Positions 13,932 through 27,522 of a DNA stretch of 64,000 nucleotides are shown piece after piece. The first letter of the stretch is position 1. The number at the start of each line of letters is the position of its first letter. Below the pieces are notes generated by a model. It had not been told where the DNA came from. It saw nothing but the letters and a program-made list of their open reading frames with translations, and searched no databases. The translations under genes and the position numbers were made by a program. This stretch comes from Mytilus trossulus (taxonomy: Eukaryota): assembly GCF_036588685.1 (NCBI RefSeq), contig NC_086383.1:25544001-25608000 (forward strand). The letters are read 5' to 3'.

Positions 13932-16214
13932 TGTGGTGCAATCATTTAAAATGTTCTTCCCAAGACATTTCTAACTATCTATGATGATTTCTCTAGCCCA
14001 TTTTAAATCTAAATTTTAGTAAAAAATGAATAAATATTTGTAAATCCCGCTTTTATGCAATCTCCAATTCGCAGATAAAAATGAACTCGAATTAATGACG
14101 TTTTATTCTTGAAGATACAAAATCAATACCGGACGCTAATGACGTCCGTATACATCGGGACGAATCAGTTCTAGCTTACACCATTCTGGTGGTCATGTAG
14201 AAATGGTGGGTTCAACCTGTTTTTTTAGCTAGCTAAACATCTCAATTCTATCAAAGTATCGTAAAATTCCATTATATTGACAACGATATGTGATCAAAAC
14301 AAACAGATATATATGTATAAAATTTAATGTCAAAAAGAGGGGTTCCGCAGTCAACATTGTGTTAATATCTTAATTACTATAAAAAGAACCATATAATTTG
14401 TAATGAAATCATTAAATAGTTATGTTTTCTTTAAAAATTGACTATGCGGTATGGGCTATGCTCATTGTTGAAGGCCGTACATTGACTTATATATATTTCT
14501 ACAATGACATTTGTTTTAAATGGACTCGTATAAAAATTGCGAGTTTTATCCAACGCAATCATAGGTTTGAACGGAATTTTTAATTTAGACTTGTTTATAT
14601 TTTTTCGTTTGGGCTTGTATCATATTTTCCCTCCGGTTTATATGATCCGTTCATCCTATATTGACTCAATTAAAATTCAAGAGTCTATCTGAAATTAAGG
14701 GTAAATGATGTGGCCTTCCAAATATCGTTTAGATCCCTAACATCACTTAAGAGACATATATTGTCGAAATCTACATCTGGTGTACACAAAAATATTGACA
14801 TTAATGTTTCTGGCATAACATCTTGGCCACAAGTTTATTATTTTCTGCTTAGTATTAAATGTATATTAACACATTCATTGTGTTACATCTCGTGATCAAT
14901 TTTATTTGTGGCAATCGCCAATGGCAGTCATCAGAGTTTAAGAACATCGGTTGTTTGACGGTTTGTTTAAATATACTTTTTCACATTTTTTGGTCTTTTG
15001 GAAAATGTTGCTTGTGCTGTATTTAGACCCTTCTACAACACATTTGTTTTACATGCACACGTATAAAAAATTGCGGTTTTTATCCAACGCAATCATAGGT
15101 TTTAACGTAGTTGTCAATTTATAATTGTATATATAGTAGTCGTGTACCTTTTATTATTTTGTGCAGGTTATTATACATCATACAAGTTTTTACTTGTACA
15201 GATATAATTGTACGAGTAATTACCTGTAAAGTTTTTGTGGAGAAAAAAAAGAAAACTTGTACAACTGGCTATTTTTTTGTTTTATTTGTTTCTTTTTAAG
15301 TAAATTATGAATAACTTCAGCAAAGATGACACTTTGAGCATATTGGGTTGAACGACCAGGTGCCACTAAAATACGGACTACTGTTGCAAAGTGACAAAGC
15401 CACTGAAAGGAATAAATAAACTGTTGAAATTTTTATTCCTAATATTTTGATTTATTATTTTTTTCAATGGAGGGGAATATTCAATTCTTCCCTGACATTT
15501 GAATTTCAATTATAATTATCAATTTACTTGGTTTTTTTTTTGTGGTTTTTTTTTTTTATGAAAGTACACGATTCTTAATTATTTAGACCGTTCTACTGTG
15601 TTCATGTAATTATCATACTCTCTAAGTCAGCGTTCTATATTTTTACGTACACGTTGAGGTGCAAGTGGTCTATCATACATACATTGAAGTTTTAGCCAAA
15701 GAAGAAATTCCCCTCAATTAACCACATAAAGGATATGTGGAGCTCCAAAATAAAAAACAAAGTCAGTGAGTTGGTGAGCCACTTCTGCCTTCTACGAGCG
15801 CAGTCCACTGAATTTGGTACAGCGATCCTGATAGTACATGATTGATAATCAACATTGTCTACCTGACAATAACATCTTTGACTTTTACTTGACTACAAGC
15901 ATTTAAGACTGAAGTAATGATAGAAGGAGCGACCATTTTCAAAGTATTCACACATACATGTATGAGTGAAAATCCGGAAAAATTTTCTGCTTATATGGGC
16001 AATTTGTGGTTTGCAACTCCTTACAATTATTATGTGTATGCCTCCAGAGTGTGCTGTTCTAATCACAGGGTATAGTTGGGCAACTTTACAATGATAAATT
16101 AGTGTGTCTCCTCTGAAAATGAGTTTATAAATCTAATTCCTGCTATATTCAAGACATCATGCCATCTTAAGATTTTTTTTTAACTGCTATCTTTTTTTAA
16201 CTTACCTACAATCT

Positions 16215-16855
16215 GTCGATATCTGTAACTTGTCATTGCACAAGGTCATGTTTTTCTCTGGCTGTTTATGACGTCTTTACACTAACTTAATTGGATTAGA
16301 ATATGTACGGATTGATAGTTTAGTCTTAGATGCATGATTTTTTATTAGTTGTTATCGGCTTTGAACTATCTGTCAGATAACTGCGAGTACTCTCAGATCT
16401 GTTCATTGTGTCTTTTTGTGTCGGAATGTATACGTACCCGGCCACGTCCACTTGTATTTCTATCCATCTGGTGAATTAAGCCTTTTTCAACTAATTTGTA
16501 TAGTTCGTTGTATTGTTATACCACTGTCCCAGATTAGGGGGGGTTGAAATCCCGCTAAAATGTTTAACACTGCCACATTATTCATGTATGTGCCTGTCCC
16601 AAGTCTGGAGCCTGTAATTCAGTGTGCTACATATTTGTTTTTCGTTCACTTTTTATCATATAAACAAGGCCGTTAGTTTTCTCGTTTGATTGTTTTACAT
16701 TGTTTAATCGGGGCCTTTTATAGCTGACTATGCGGTATGGGCTTTGTTCATTGTTGAAGGCCGTACAGTGACCTATAGTTGTTGTTTGCGGTGTCATTTT
16801 GATCTCTTGTGGACAGTTGTCTCATTGGCAATCATATCACATCTTCTTTTTTTAT
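16215..16855 (+). repeat. Dispersed repeat family B (ends gttgtctcattggcaatcataccacatcttc), near full-length copy
   Basis: The same 3' end occurs at ~1720-1770, 6740-6785, 19340-19385, 44285-44325, 52380-52425 and 63730-63770. Reversed copies occur at ~8730, 17395 and 50480-50730. Confidence 0.85.
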
Positions 16856-19800
16856 ATTGGCTTCTTTTACATAACTTAAAGTATCTCTTTATCTCTGACA
16901 AGTGAATACTGAATAATTAGAAGATTTTATTAGATATTTTCCATTTTTTTACAAGTAATAACCTGTACAAAATAATAACATGTACACGACATATATTATT
17001 TTTTTGGAGATCTATCGATTTTGGCTGTTGCTTGGATAGTTTTTATCAATTTTAAAAATCAAAATTTTCAGCAATTTGTGAGGAAGAATATACGTTAATT
17101 TCTGTCATAGGTTATTTTGTTAGTAACTGTTCTTTTTAGGCTAGCAGATTATTTTCCAAAATCTTTAAAAAGACACCCCCACACACCCCACACCCCTCAT
17201 TCGAAAATTGATTTGAATTATTTTACCTTGTTTAAACGTTTTTTTTGTTTCACTTGATCATAATTCTAAACTTATGATACCTATCAAATGGAACTGTAAG
17301 TGATATTTACCTACTCCTGTATTAAAGGCGAATTTTGCAAAATCTGGTCTGTAGCAAACGGGACAAAACGGGACAAGAGACACAGAAATTAATACACCTA
17401 ACGGCCTTCAACAATGAGCAAAAACCATACCGCATACTAGTCAGCTATAAAAGACACCGACATGACAATTGTAATACCATTCAAACGAGAAATCTAATTA
17501 ACACTATAATTAACGAACAAAACAATGAACGACAACAAATATGTTACACGGCAACAAACGACAACCACGGATGTACAGGCTCCTCACTTTGTATGTTACA
17601 GTGTAAAACGACAATGCACTCGTTCTTGTTCTTGTTGCATTTTATCAATCTTATAAAAAAAAAAATAGAAAACGTCATACACAATTGAGAATGGAAATGG
17701 GGGATGTGTCAAAAAAACAATAACCCAACCAAAGAGCAAAAAACTGACAAAGGCCACCAATGGGTCTTCAATACAGCGAGCACTCGGAGTCGTGCTTCAG
17801 CTGACCCCTAAACAAAAAATAAGTTATAGTCCTGTGATGATGGACGTCATACTAAACTCCGAATATTTAAATGAACTTATTTTAAAAAGCATACAAGACT
17901 AGCAAAGGCCAGAGGCTGCTGACTTGGGGCAGGCATAAAAATGGGGCGGGGTTATAGATTTATTTCATATTACCCTCCCCCTACATTATATGTTATTTAG
18001 GTCTAAGACAGGGTATATATTGTGACATTCCCGGCTTAGAGTTTATATCCCATAAGCCGATCGTTTCTTACCACAGTGCAAAATGGTAGACCTTGAATTC
18101 AGGGGACAAATCTTTCAATCAGAGATGGTTTGTAAAAGTAAAGTTTCATCAATTTATTTTTAGCATTTGCCTGAACCAGATTGAAAGTAATCTATGTAAC
18201 AAAGAAGCTTAGTTTATATTAATGAAAATGGTTGACACAAACATACTGATGATTTTAAGAGTTATTTCACTTCAAGTAGGTCTACCTCCTTAAAGGCGGA
18301 AATGTTATGCATGATTAAGATGCATAAGCTTGTGGTAATGCTAGGGCCTTTTACAGCACACTTTATTAGTAGGCCCTACTGTTGTGGATGTTGCTCCTTG
18401 TTGAATACCGCACGGTTACATATAATTGCAGATATTTATACGATATTTGATTTCTAGTGGAGAGTTATCTCATTGTCAATCATTCCACATCGTATTTCTA
18501 TTTTGAGCGTACGTTAATTACAATCTTTTAATACGTGAAATCCGTAACAACCGTATATTATAATAAGTTCTGTTCGTTCATTTCCGTAGAAATGGGTATT
18601 TTCTGCTTCTGCTGTTCAGTGGCCGCCATCATTTCTGATTATTCTGTCACTTTTGATTGCGCATACGCTGATTTACAAGGAATTTTTAGCTTTTTTTAAC
18701 ACCCTGAAGTAATCCAGGACACCCTTGAGACAAAACCCTTTGACAAAACTACAAGTTTTATTAATTTATTTTAATAACAGTCAAATTATGCTTAATTTGA
18801 GAACATTTGTTCAATATATATAATTATGTACTTGGTATTACTGAAGTTTTGTCACACTGTTCATTATTTTCCATCTCCTTTTCTCTGGGAATCACATGAT
18901 TTGGCAATGGCACACAGATCTGTGAAAAGAAAAAAAAATCAGATACAAAACTGAGTTAATGTTGAAATACAGAAAAGTACAGCATGTAGTTTCTTTAATA
19001 AGGGAAAATGTACATATCTACAGAGTGGTGGACTTAGAGAGGGAATAATGGAACTTTACTCCCCCCACCTCCTCCAAATTTTTTGGATGGACAAATCTAT
19101 TAAAATTAATTATTATGTGATATGTTGTTTCATGCATGTCATTGTCAAACGGTTTCCTTTTTATTTTGCATTAATTTGTTCGTTATTGAGTTATATATAC
19201 TATAACTGCCAATATCATTATAATTGTTATAAAATTATGTGGTAATTTTTGGGGAGTTTTATAGCTTGCTATTCGGTGTGACCTAAGGCTCCGTTTTCAA
19301 GGCCGTACGTTTACTTTTACTAATAATGACTTGGATGGGGTGCTGTGTCATTGGCATTTATACCACATCTTCGTACATCTATATGGAAAACAAAAAAACA
19401 TTCTTTGAGTCAATCACTCATCGTGAGACCCCATATATAATCCAAAACTTTCCAGTGTGCCGGGTATTCTGGTTAAGTTTTAAAAGATATCAGAGGGACA
19501 TTCAAATTCATAGATTAAACATAAACTGACAAGGTCATGGTTATACATGAAAAAGACAAACAGACAAACGATAGTACACAAAACACAACATATAAAAATG
19601 AAGACTAAGCGACACAAACGCCACTCAAAACTGATTTTTGAAGGGTAAGCAGCTCCTGCTTCACATGTGGTACCCGTTGTGTTGCTCATGTTATTACAAA
19701 CCAGGTTAAAAGTATTACCTTACTCAAACCATAGCATAGTTGTTAAATACTATTAAAATCTAATCAATCATATTATTTATCTTTGTTTCTAATCTTAAAC

Positions 19801-21346
19801 GTCTATATTTTTAAAAACTAAATTCTTAAAGGGAATCTGATAACCACAAAATTAAAATCTTGTGCTCACCTTATTTAAAATAAGAAGAAAAAGGATTGTT
19901 ATTAACTAGTGTTTAGATTATCCAGGAAGACATGAGGAAAAGGGTACACTGAATATACATCACTACAAAAGCAACCTGATGAAAAATGTAGCTAGAACAC
20001 ACCAAGAAGGCAATATAGTCTTCCAAAAAAATTTGTAAAAATGCATACATGTTCATAGTTATTTCATGCATGTCATGCAATTAAACACAAGTTATTGTTT
20101 TACTAATATTTAAATCAAGTCCCCAATATAGCAAAGCTTCAAGATAAATAAAAACAGAGGGACATGTACTACGTTCTGGAAATTGATATTGATGCATTAA
20201 ACTTAACTACAATGTACTGAATCTTAAATAGCTTTTGTTTATAAAAGGATATGAACCAATATCGACATTGGTGACATCTCTTGTACAGTGCCGACATTGG
20301 TGATATCTCTTATACAGTACAACATTGGTGACTACTCCTGTACAATACCGACATTGGTGATATCTCACGAACAGTAGTGACATTGGTGATATCTCTTACC
20401 CAGTACTGACATTGGTGATATCTACTGTACAGTACCGACATTGGTGATATTTCATGTACAGTGCCGACATTGGTGGTATCTCCTGTACTGTAAAACATTG
20501 GTGATAACTCCTGTACAGTTCCGAAATTGGTGATATCTCCTGTGAAGTAAAACATTGGTGATAACTCCTGTACAATACCGACATCGGTGATATCTCCCGT
20601 ACATTACTGACATTGGTGATATCTCTTGAACAGTACTGACATTAGTAATATCTTATGTATAGTATTGACATTGGTGATCTGTCCTGTACAGTACTGGTAT
20701 TGGTGATATCTCTTGTATAGTACTGGTATTTGTGATATCTCCTTACAGTAACGGCAGTGCCTGTACTGAACCGACATTGGTGGTATACCTTGTATAGTAC
20801 CGCCATTGGGGATGTCACCTATACAGTACCGACATTGATGATAAATCCTGTACAGTACTGACATTGCTGTTATCACATGTACAGTACCGACATTGATGAT
20901 ATTTCTTGTGCAGTACGACATTGGTGATATCTCCAGTACACAACCGACATTTGTGATATCTCCAGTAGAGTACCGCTATTGGTGATATCTCCTGTAGAGT
21001 ACAGCAATTGATGTTATATCTCTTGTACATAACGACATATGTGATATATCTTGTACAGAACGACATTGTTGATATTTCCTCTACAGTACTGCCATTGGTG
21101 ATATCTCCTGTACAGTACAGCAATTTGTGATATCTCTTGTACAGAACGAAATTGGTGATATATCTTGTACAGTACAGCCATTGGTGATATCTCTTGTATA
21201 GAACGAAATTGATGATATATCCTGTACAGTACAGCCATTGGTCATATATCTTGAACAGAACAACATTGGTCATATATCTTGTACAGAACGACATTGGTGA
21301 TAACTCTTGTACAGAACGACATTGGTGATAACTCTTGTACAGAACG

Positions 21347-21846
21347 AACAAGTGAAACTGCGAGCTTCTGCTCACTGATGATACCCCCGCCGCAATTGGA
21401 TAATATAAATAGTGTAAAAATATGCAAGTGTTTGGTAAACAGGAAGTTGTCGAGTGATGAATCTGAAAACGTATCACACGGTATAGCTGACTTATATAAA
21501 TCCTGAAACCAAATTTCAGAAATCCTTGTATTGTAGTTCCTGAGAAAAGTGTGACGAACATTTTCAACTTGGCTATCATGTGTAAAATCATACAAGTGTT
21601 CGGTAAACAGGAAGTTGTCAAGTGATCAATCAGAAAACGCATCACACGGTATAGCTGACTTAGATAAACCCTGAAACCAAATTTAAGAAATCCTTGTATT
21701 GTAGTTCCTTAGAAAAAATGCGACGAAAAATGTTCATGGGACGGACTGACTGACGGACGGACGGACGGACGGACGGACTGACGGACAGACGGACGGACAG
21801 ACAGAGGTAAAACAGTATACCCGCCTTTTTTTAAAGCGGGGTATAA
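21347..21846 (+). mobile_element. Helentron/HINE-like element with 168-bp satellite units (2 units)
   Basis: Starts aacaagtgaaactgcgagc, has two ~168-bp units, a (GGAC)n microsatellite and terminal hairpin cccgccttttttaaagcgggg. Near-identical to 45086-46102. Confidence 0.85.
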
Positions 21847-21850
21847 TTAA

Positions 21851-22373
21851 GGTGGCTTGGGCCTATATGAAGTTTTTATCAAAAGTGCTGTATTTTTTGT
21901 TATTTTATTCTAACAGAAAGTGAATCAAATTGGTCAAAAAAAAGGAGTTCACGGACCATTTAAGCTCAAAGTTTTACTTTTAAACAGGTATGTGAAAGGG
22001 ACCATTTTTCAATGAAATGATAGGGAAAAGAGAGGTGTTGACATATATTTATCAGAATTTAAAAATACCGTTCTCAGCCACTTGGTCCAAATCTTGAATA
22101 TAAAAAGCTGAAATATAGCTTCAAAGAATAAGCAAATAAAAAAACGTAGGTCACCGATAAGGGAAAAATATGTTGCCTAAAAATCAAAATTTTGGCGGGA
22201 AAATGTGTTAAATGTCATTTTGACACTTTAACAAATACGGATAATAACGAAAATACTCTATTAGTCACATAACTACAATGATTTAACGTTTCTAATCAAT
22301 CAAAATATATTTAAAAAAATACTTTTGTAGTTCATGCGTGAAATTATGCGCAGTCAAATAGTCCCAAGCCACC
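21851..22373. mobile_element. PIF/Harbinger (Tourist)-like MITE
   Basis: TIR ggtggcttggg(c/a)ctat at both ends; TAA duplicated at 21848-21850 and 22374-22376. Confidence 0.8.
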
Positions 22374-23184
22374 TAATGATATCTATATGTAACAGGAGAA
22401 ATCACAAATGGCAGTACTGTACTGTTCCCGATACGGTTCTGACATTGGGGATATCTCATGTACAGTATCGATATTGGTGATATCTCATGTACAGTACCGA
22501 CATTGGTGATATATATCTTGTATAGTACTGACATTGATGATATCTCTTGCACACTACTGACATTGATGATATATATTGTACAGTACCGACATTGGTGAAA
22601 TCTCCTGTACAGTACCGGCATTGGTTAAATCTCATAATACTGTATATTCTATTAGTTATACCATTAATACTTACAGTTACGTCCTTTGATATCATGCTTT
22701 CTCTCAAAATCAAAACTTCTACCATACATCATAAACATTTGCTCAAGAGTTTTTGTTTGTCTTGGTGTTAATACCTGTAAATATTTACATTAGATTTATG
22801 TTTCATTGTAGTACATTCTTTTGATTAACTTACAGAAAATCTAGCATCATTTAAAAGTTAACATTCATATCAATAGCTATTTATATACTAGTAGTTTTTT
22901 TTTAATAAGTCTATATACCTAAATTTTAAAGGTTTAACACTGAAGATGTGTATTATCATCTATATCGCTATTATATATATCATCTAATGACCCAACCAAA
23001 GGCCTGTGGTTAAAAGATTATAACACTTCGCGCGGGACTTAAACTGTTTAATCACACATGTTTTTTTTATTATTTCTAATGATTTATCTTTATCAACCTC
23101 GTGCAATTTGTTTAAACTACTGAATGTCAGAGTCCCAATATAAAACTTTAGTTAAAATATATCTGAACTTATCATATTAAATCA

Positions 23185-24473
23185 ATGATTGACTGTTGGT
23201 TGCTCCACATAGGGACTCATAATAAAGTTGTTGACTGTGTTATTAACATGTAAAGAGATTGACACTCTTTTTACACATCTCTTTTCAGACCGGACGTGGC
23301 TGCGTACTTTTACATCACGAACAGCGAAGACGGAACCCCTTCTTTGAGAGCAGTTTAACTACTGGTCGAAAGGAGACAAAAGTTACCATATTTTTATTCT
23401 TATGTCTCTTAAGAGATATTCATGTTTTACGGGGCTTTGTAGTTATATGCTATATATCATTTTACATGACGTATTGTGTGTATAGCGTATATCATTATAC
23501 ATGACGTATTTAGTGTATAGCGTATATCATTATACATGACATATTTAGTGTATAGCGTAACTATATTATTATACATGACGTAATATGTGTATAGCGTATA
23601 TCATTATGCATGGCGTATTTTGTGTATATCGTAACTATATCATTATACATGACGTATTATGTGTATAGCGTATATCATTATACATGACGTATTTAGTGTA
23701 TAGCGTAACTATATCATTATATATGACGTATTATGTGTATCCCTGTATCTAGCATCAAAACTCACAAGGACGTCGGTTTCTTAATACACTAGTCACTTAA
23801 ACAGATTTTAAGCTAAACAAAAACAAGAATGTCCATAATTATTCAATTCATATGAAATAAATGATTGACTGTTGGTTGCTCCATATATAGACTCCTAATA
23901 AAGTTGTTGACTGTGTTATTAACATTTAAAGAGATTGACACTCTTTTTACACATCTCTGTTCAGACCGGACGTGGCTGCGTACTTGTACATCACGAACAT
24001 CGAAGACGGGACCCCTTCTTTTAGAGCAGTTTTACTACTGGTCGAAAGGAGAAAAAAATTACCATATTTGTATTCTTATGTTTCTCAAGAGATATATATG
24101 TTTTACATGACTTTGTAGTTATATGCTATATATCATTTTACATGACATATTGTATGTATAGCGCATATCATTATACATGACGTATTTAGTGTATAGCGTA
24201 TATCATTATAAATGACGTATTATGTGTATAGCGTATATCATTATACATGACGTATTTAACGTATAGCGTAACTATATCATTATCCATGACGTATTTTATG
24301 TATAGCGTATATCATTATACATGACGTATTTAGTGTATAGTGTAACTATATCATTATATATGACGTATTATGTGTATCCCTGTATCTAGCACCAAAACTC
24401 ACAAGGACGTCGGTTTCTTATTACACTAGTCACTTAAACAGATTTTAAGCTAAACAAAAACAAGAATGTCCAT
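23185..24473 (+). repeat. Local tandem duplication (~650-bp unit x2) containing a SINE-like fragment and a 35-39 bp minisatellite
   Basis: 23185-23838 matches 23861-24473. Minisatellite unit is tatcattatacatgacgtatttagtgtatagcgta. A third, diverged paralogous block links 22895-23390 to 25005-25245 plus 25680-26090. Confidence 0.9.
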
Positions 24474-24755
24474 AGTACACGGATGTCCCTCTCGCACTAT
24501 CATTTTCAATGTTCAGTGGACCGTGAAATTGTGGTAAAAATCAAATTTCACATTGAAATTAGAAAAATCATATCAGTGGGAACATGTGAACCTTGTTATC
24601 AAAAACTACCTTGAGCAAAAAATGTAACCTGAAGCGGGACAGTCGGACGAACGACCGAACGGACTAACAGACGAACGAACGGAAGAACAGACGAACGAAC
24701 GGACGGACCCACAGACCAGTAAACATAATGCCCCTCTATTATCGCAGGTTGGGAA
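24457..24755 (+). mobile_element. HINE-like element (aaacaagaatgtccatagtacacggatg..., (GAAC/GGAC)n)
   Basis: A homologous copy lies in reverse orientation at 62648-62955. Confidence 0.75.
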
Positions 24756-26157
24756 TATCAATGTATATTCTGGACAAATATGCATAAATGTATATAGCGA
24801 GCGGATTCTATGAGTAATAGGTATTCTGCATCCTATCTGAAAGAAGAAATTGTATGATTCTAAACATGACAATGAATAAATTGTTGTATCAAAGACAATA
24901 AACCAGAAGGTTGAGTTTTGGCTCCAGCAACAAAATATGGGGAAAACTTTTCCGCAACTTTGAAACTTCGATTTCGGAGGTTTTTGTTGTGAAAAATTCA
25001 GTTGTTTTATTTTTACTCGGTATATGAACCTAAATTATTGAGGTTTTACACTGAAGATTTTATTATCATCTATATCGCTATTATATTATCTAATGACCTA
25101 ACCAAGGGCCTGTGGTAAAAAGATTATAACACGTCACGCAGAACGATTTGAAGTGTTAGATTACAAAACTACATTTATAATGATTTAAACTTTATCCAAC
25201 CTCGCGCAATATGTTTAAACTACTGAATATCAGAGTCCCAATCTAATTATGAAAAAAGAAGATGTGGTAAGATATCCAATGAGATAACTCTCCTCAAGAA
25301 ACCAACATAACGCACAAATTAATATTTATAGGTCACCGTTCGGCCTTTATATAAATATATATATTTTTTTTTTTTTTTTTTTTTTTTTTCTTCTTCTGTG
25401 ACGTATTAAATTTATATTAACATCTTGCGATCAATTTTATTTGGCAATTGTCAATGGCAGTCAGCAGGGTTAAAGAACATCAGTTGTTCGACCTGTTTGT
25501 CAAATGCGTTTTGTTTAAATATACTTTTTCACGCTTTTGGTCTTTTGGAAAATGTTGTTTGTGCTGTTTTTAGACCCTTCTACAACGAAATTTGTTGCAC
25601 ACGTATGAAAATTGCGGTTTTTATCCAACGCAGTCATAGGTTTGAACGTAGTTTTCAATTTAGACTCGTATATATAGTTATAATATATCTGAACTATTCA
25701 TATTAAATTAATGATTAATTGTAGTTTGCTTAACATCCATTGGCAAATATTTCAGTCATATAATGAGGAAAAATTTAACAAGACACACAGTAGGTAGGTC
25801 CTATATGGAGGCGTAAGCCGGGATGAAAGTCGGTGTAATTAAGAGTAACACTGGAAAATGAGGGTATCTTGGATCAGAACTGATATTTTTCATTGCAACG
25901 GGCCATATGCGTACTCCTAATGAAGTTGTTGCAACTGTTCTTAACATGCAAAGAGCTTGACACTCTTTTCACAAGTCTCTATTTTGACCGGACGTGTCTG
26001 CGTACTTGTACATCCCGAACAGCGAAGACGAAACCCCTTCTTTAATAACGGTTTTACTACCGGTCGTAAAAAGTCGACAAAAGTGAACATTTTTCAGCAG
26101 TCCATCTGAGATTGGAATAAACCATTAGAAATAAAAAAAAAACACATCAGAACATCA

Positions 26158-26163
26158 TTTATT
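26158..26163 (-). terminator. Polyadenylation signal AATAAA of the candidate secreted-peptide gene
   Basis: tttatt on + is AATAAA on -. It lies ~160 nt past the stop and is followed on - by a GT/T-rich tract (gatgttctgatgtgttttttttt). Confidence 0.5.
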
Positions 26164-26180
26164 AGTACGGTTAAAATTAC

Positions 26181-26269
26181 AATCTCCAATACGGACATAG
26201 TTATCGTCCTTTCCTCCTCAATCTGATCTTGAGGAGGAAAGGACGATAACTCTGTGTGTATGGGAGATT
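26181..26269. other. Long inverted repeat / hairpin (41-bp arms, 7-nt loop)
   Basis: aatctccaatacggacatagttatcgtcctttcctcctcaa-tctgatc-ttgaggaggaaaggacgataactctgtgtgtatgggagatt; 4 mismatches, inner 23 bp perfect. Confidence 0.92.
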
Positions 26270-26321
26270 GTTAAAATTACGGATATTTTAAATTTGTTGA
26301 GTATCAAATATCTTAAGTTTG

Positions 26322-26470
26322 TTATTGGAGTCGTACGCACATTGTTGAGAATTGAAATTGACTTTGGAAATTTCGTGTTTCTCCAAAATGGGTTATACTT
26401 TGACAAATGTTCGATTTGTTCCGACTATATGTCTTCTGCTGGATCAGCTGATAGTTTGATAAAGGGTATA
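26322..26470 (-). CDS. Candidate secreted peptide, exon 3 (VYPLSNYQLIQQKTYSRNKSNICQSITHFGETRNFQSQFQFSTMCVRLQ*)
   Basis: Acceptor ttctacatttaattctttag. Only the phase-1 frame stays open, and this matches the phase of exon 2. TAA at 26324-26322. Confidence 0.5.
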
Positions 26471-27037
26471 CTAAAGAATTAAATGTAGAAATTACAAACA
26501 ATAATACTATTATTTGAAATAAGAATTAAGTAATATTTTAACAATGCAATTTCTCGCACTTTGGTTAGCACTTTTTGTTTATCTTATATTATTCATTTTC
26601 GTCTTAAAGATAAAAAAGGTTTTTTTTTTACATCATAAACATTTTTTTGTTTTCATCTTTTCTGAAATCAGACTCGGACTTTTTTTTAACTTGAGTGTTA
26701 CTGTGCGTATTGCTTTGCGTTTTTTTTTTTATTAGTTGGCTAGATGTATGGGAAGGGTTGAGATGTCAAAAACCATTAATTTTAGTTTCTTTTATAAATA
26801 TATTTCGGAATTATTAGCATGACATCCATTATCACTGAACTAGCCAGTAATATTTTTGTTAAGGGCCAGCTGAAGCACTACACCGGGTGCGAGATTTCTC
26901 GCTGTATTGAAGACTCATTGTTGGCCTTCAGCTGTGTTTTGTTCTTTTTTCGGGTCGTTGTCCCTTTGACAGATTCACCATCACCATTCTCAATTTAATG
27001 TATTACTCAATTTATTCGAACTCGATGACGTACTATA

Positions 27038-27484
27038 GGTTGCGTTTCTGTACATTTTGACAATGCAATTTTCCATAGGAACTCCTTTTACAGCTAAAAC
27101 TGTACCACTTTTACTATGAAGTTTTGAAAAAAATCTTATCTTAGAATTGAAAGTTCATATGCACCACAATTTTTTTCAAAGGTCAAAATATAGGTCTGTG
27201 CGGCATATTTTCAGCATTTATATGCCCTGAACTTCTCAGAGTTTAAACTTACACTAATTTTCTAACTAACCCTACCTCGAATGAAAGGTTACCACAAATT
27301 TCAATGTAAACAATATGCACGTGTTTATATACTGGTAAAATTCCCAAGTTCTGTCTCTATGATATGGAACACAGAGAGCATAACTGGGAACCAGTATGTT
27401 AACAAAATTAATTTTATATGAATATTCAAGATCTCCCCAAAAGAGGCGTGTTTTGAGAAAGAGTTGTATTTACAAAGTGCAACC
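27038..27484. mobile_element. MITE in intron 2 of the candidate peptide gene
   Basis: TIR ggttgc.ttt / aaagtgcaacc, flanked by TATA on both sides (27034-27037, 27485-27488). Confidence 0.65.
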
Positions 27485-27522
27485 TATAGGTAGATGTGTT
27501 TTTATATAAGTGAAACCCTTAC

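Larger units (their letters stand above)
20260..22622. repeat. 27-29 bp minisatellite (acattggtgatatctcctgtacagtaccg) split by two insertions
   Basis: Tandem units at 20260-21345 and 22376-22622. It explains the repetitive YHQC/QEISPM ORFs in the track. Confidence 0.92.

Noticed and set aside
20310-21645. Overlapping ORFs up to 276 aa with YHQC/QEISPM repeats
   Set aside because: They are translations of a 27-29 bp minisatellite and a HINE; several frames are open by chance.
26218-26406. ORF-track frame MSKYNPFWRN as the terminal exon of the peptide gene
   Set aside because: That frame has a TAG between the acceptor and the ORF and needs a phase-2 donor that I did not find; it is not fully excluded if the locus is a pseudogene.
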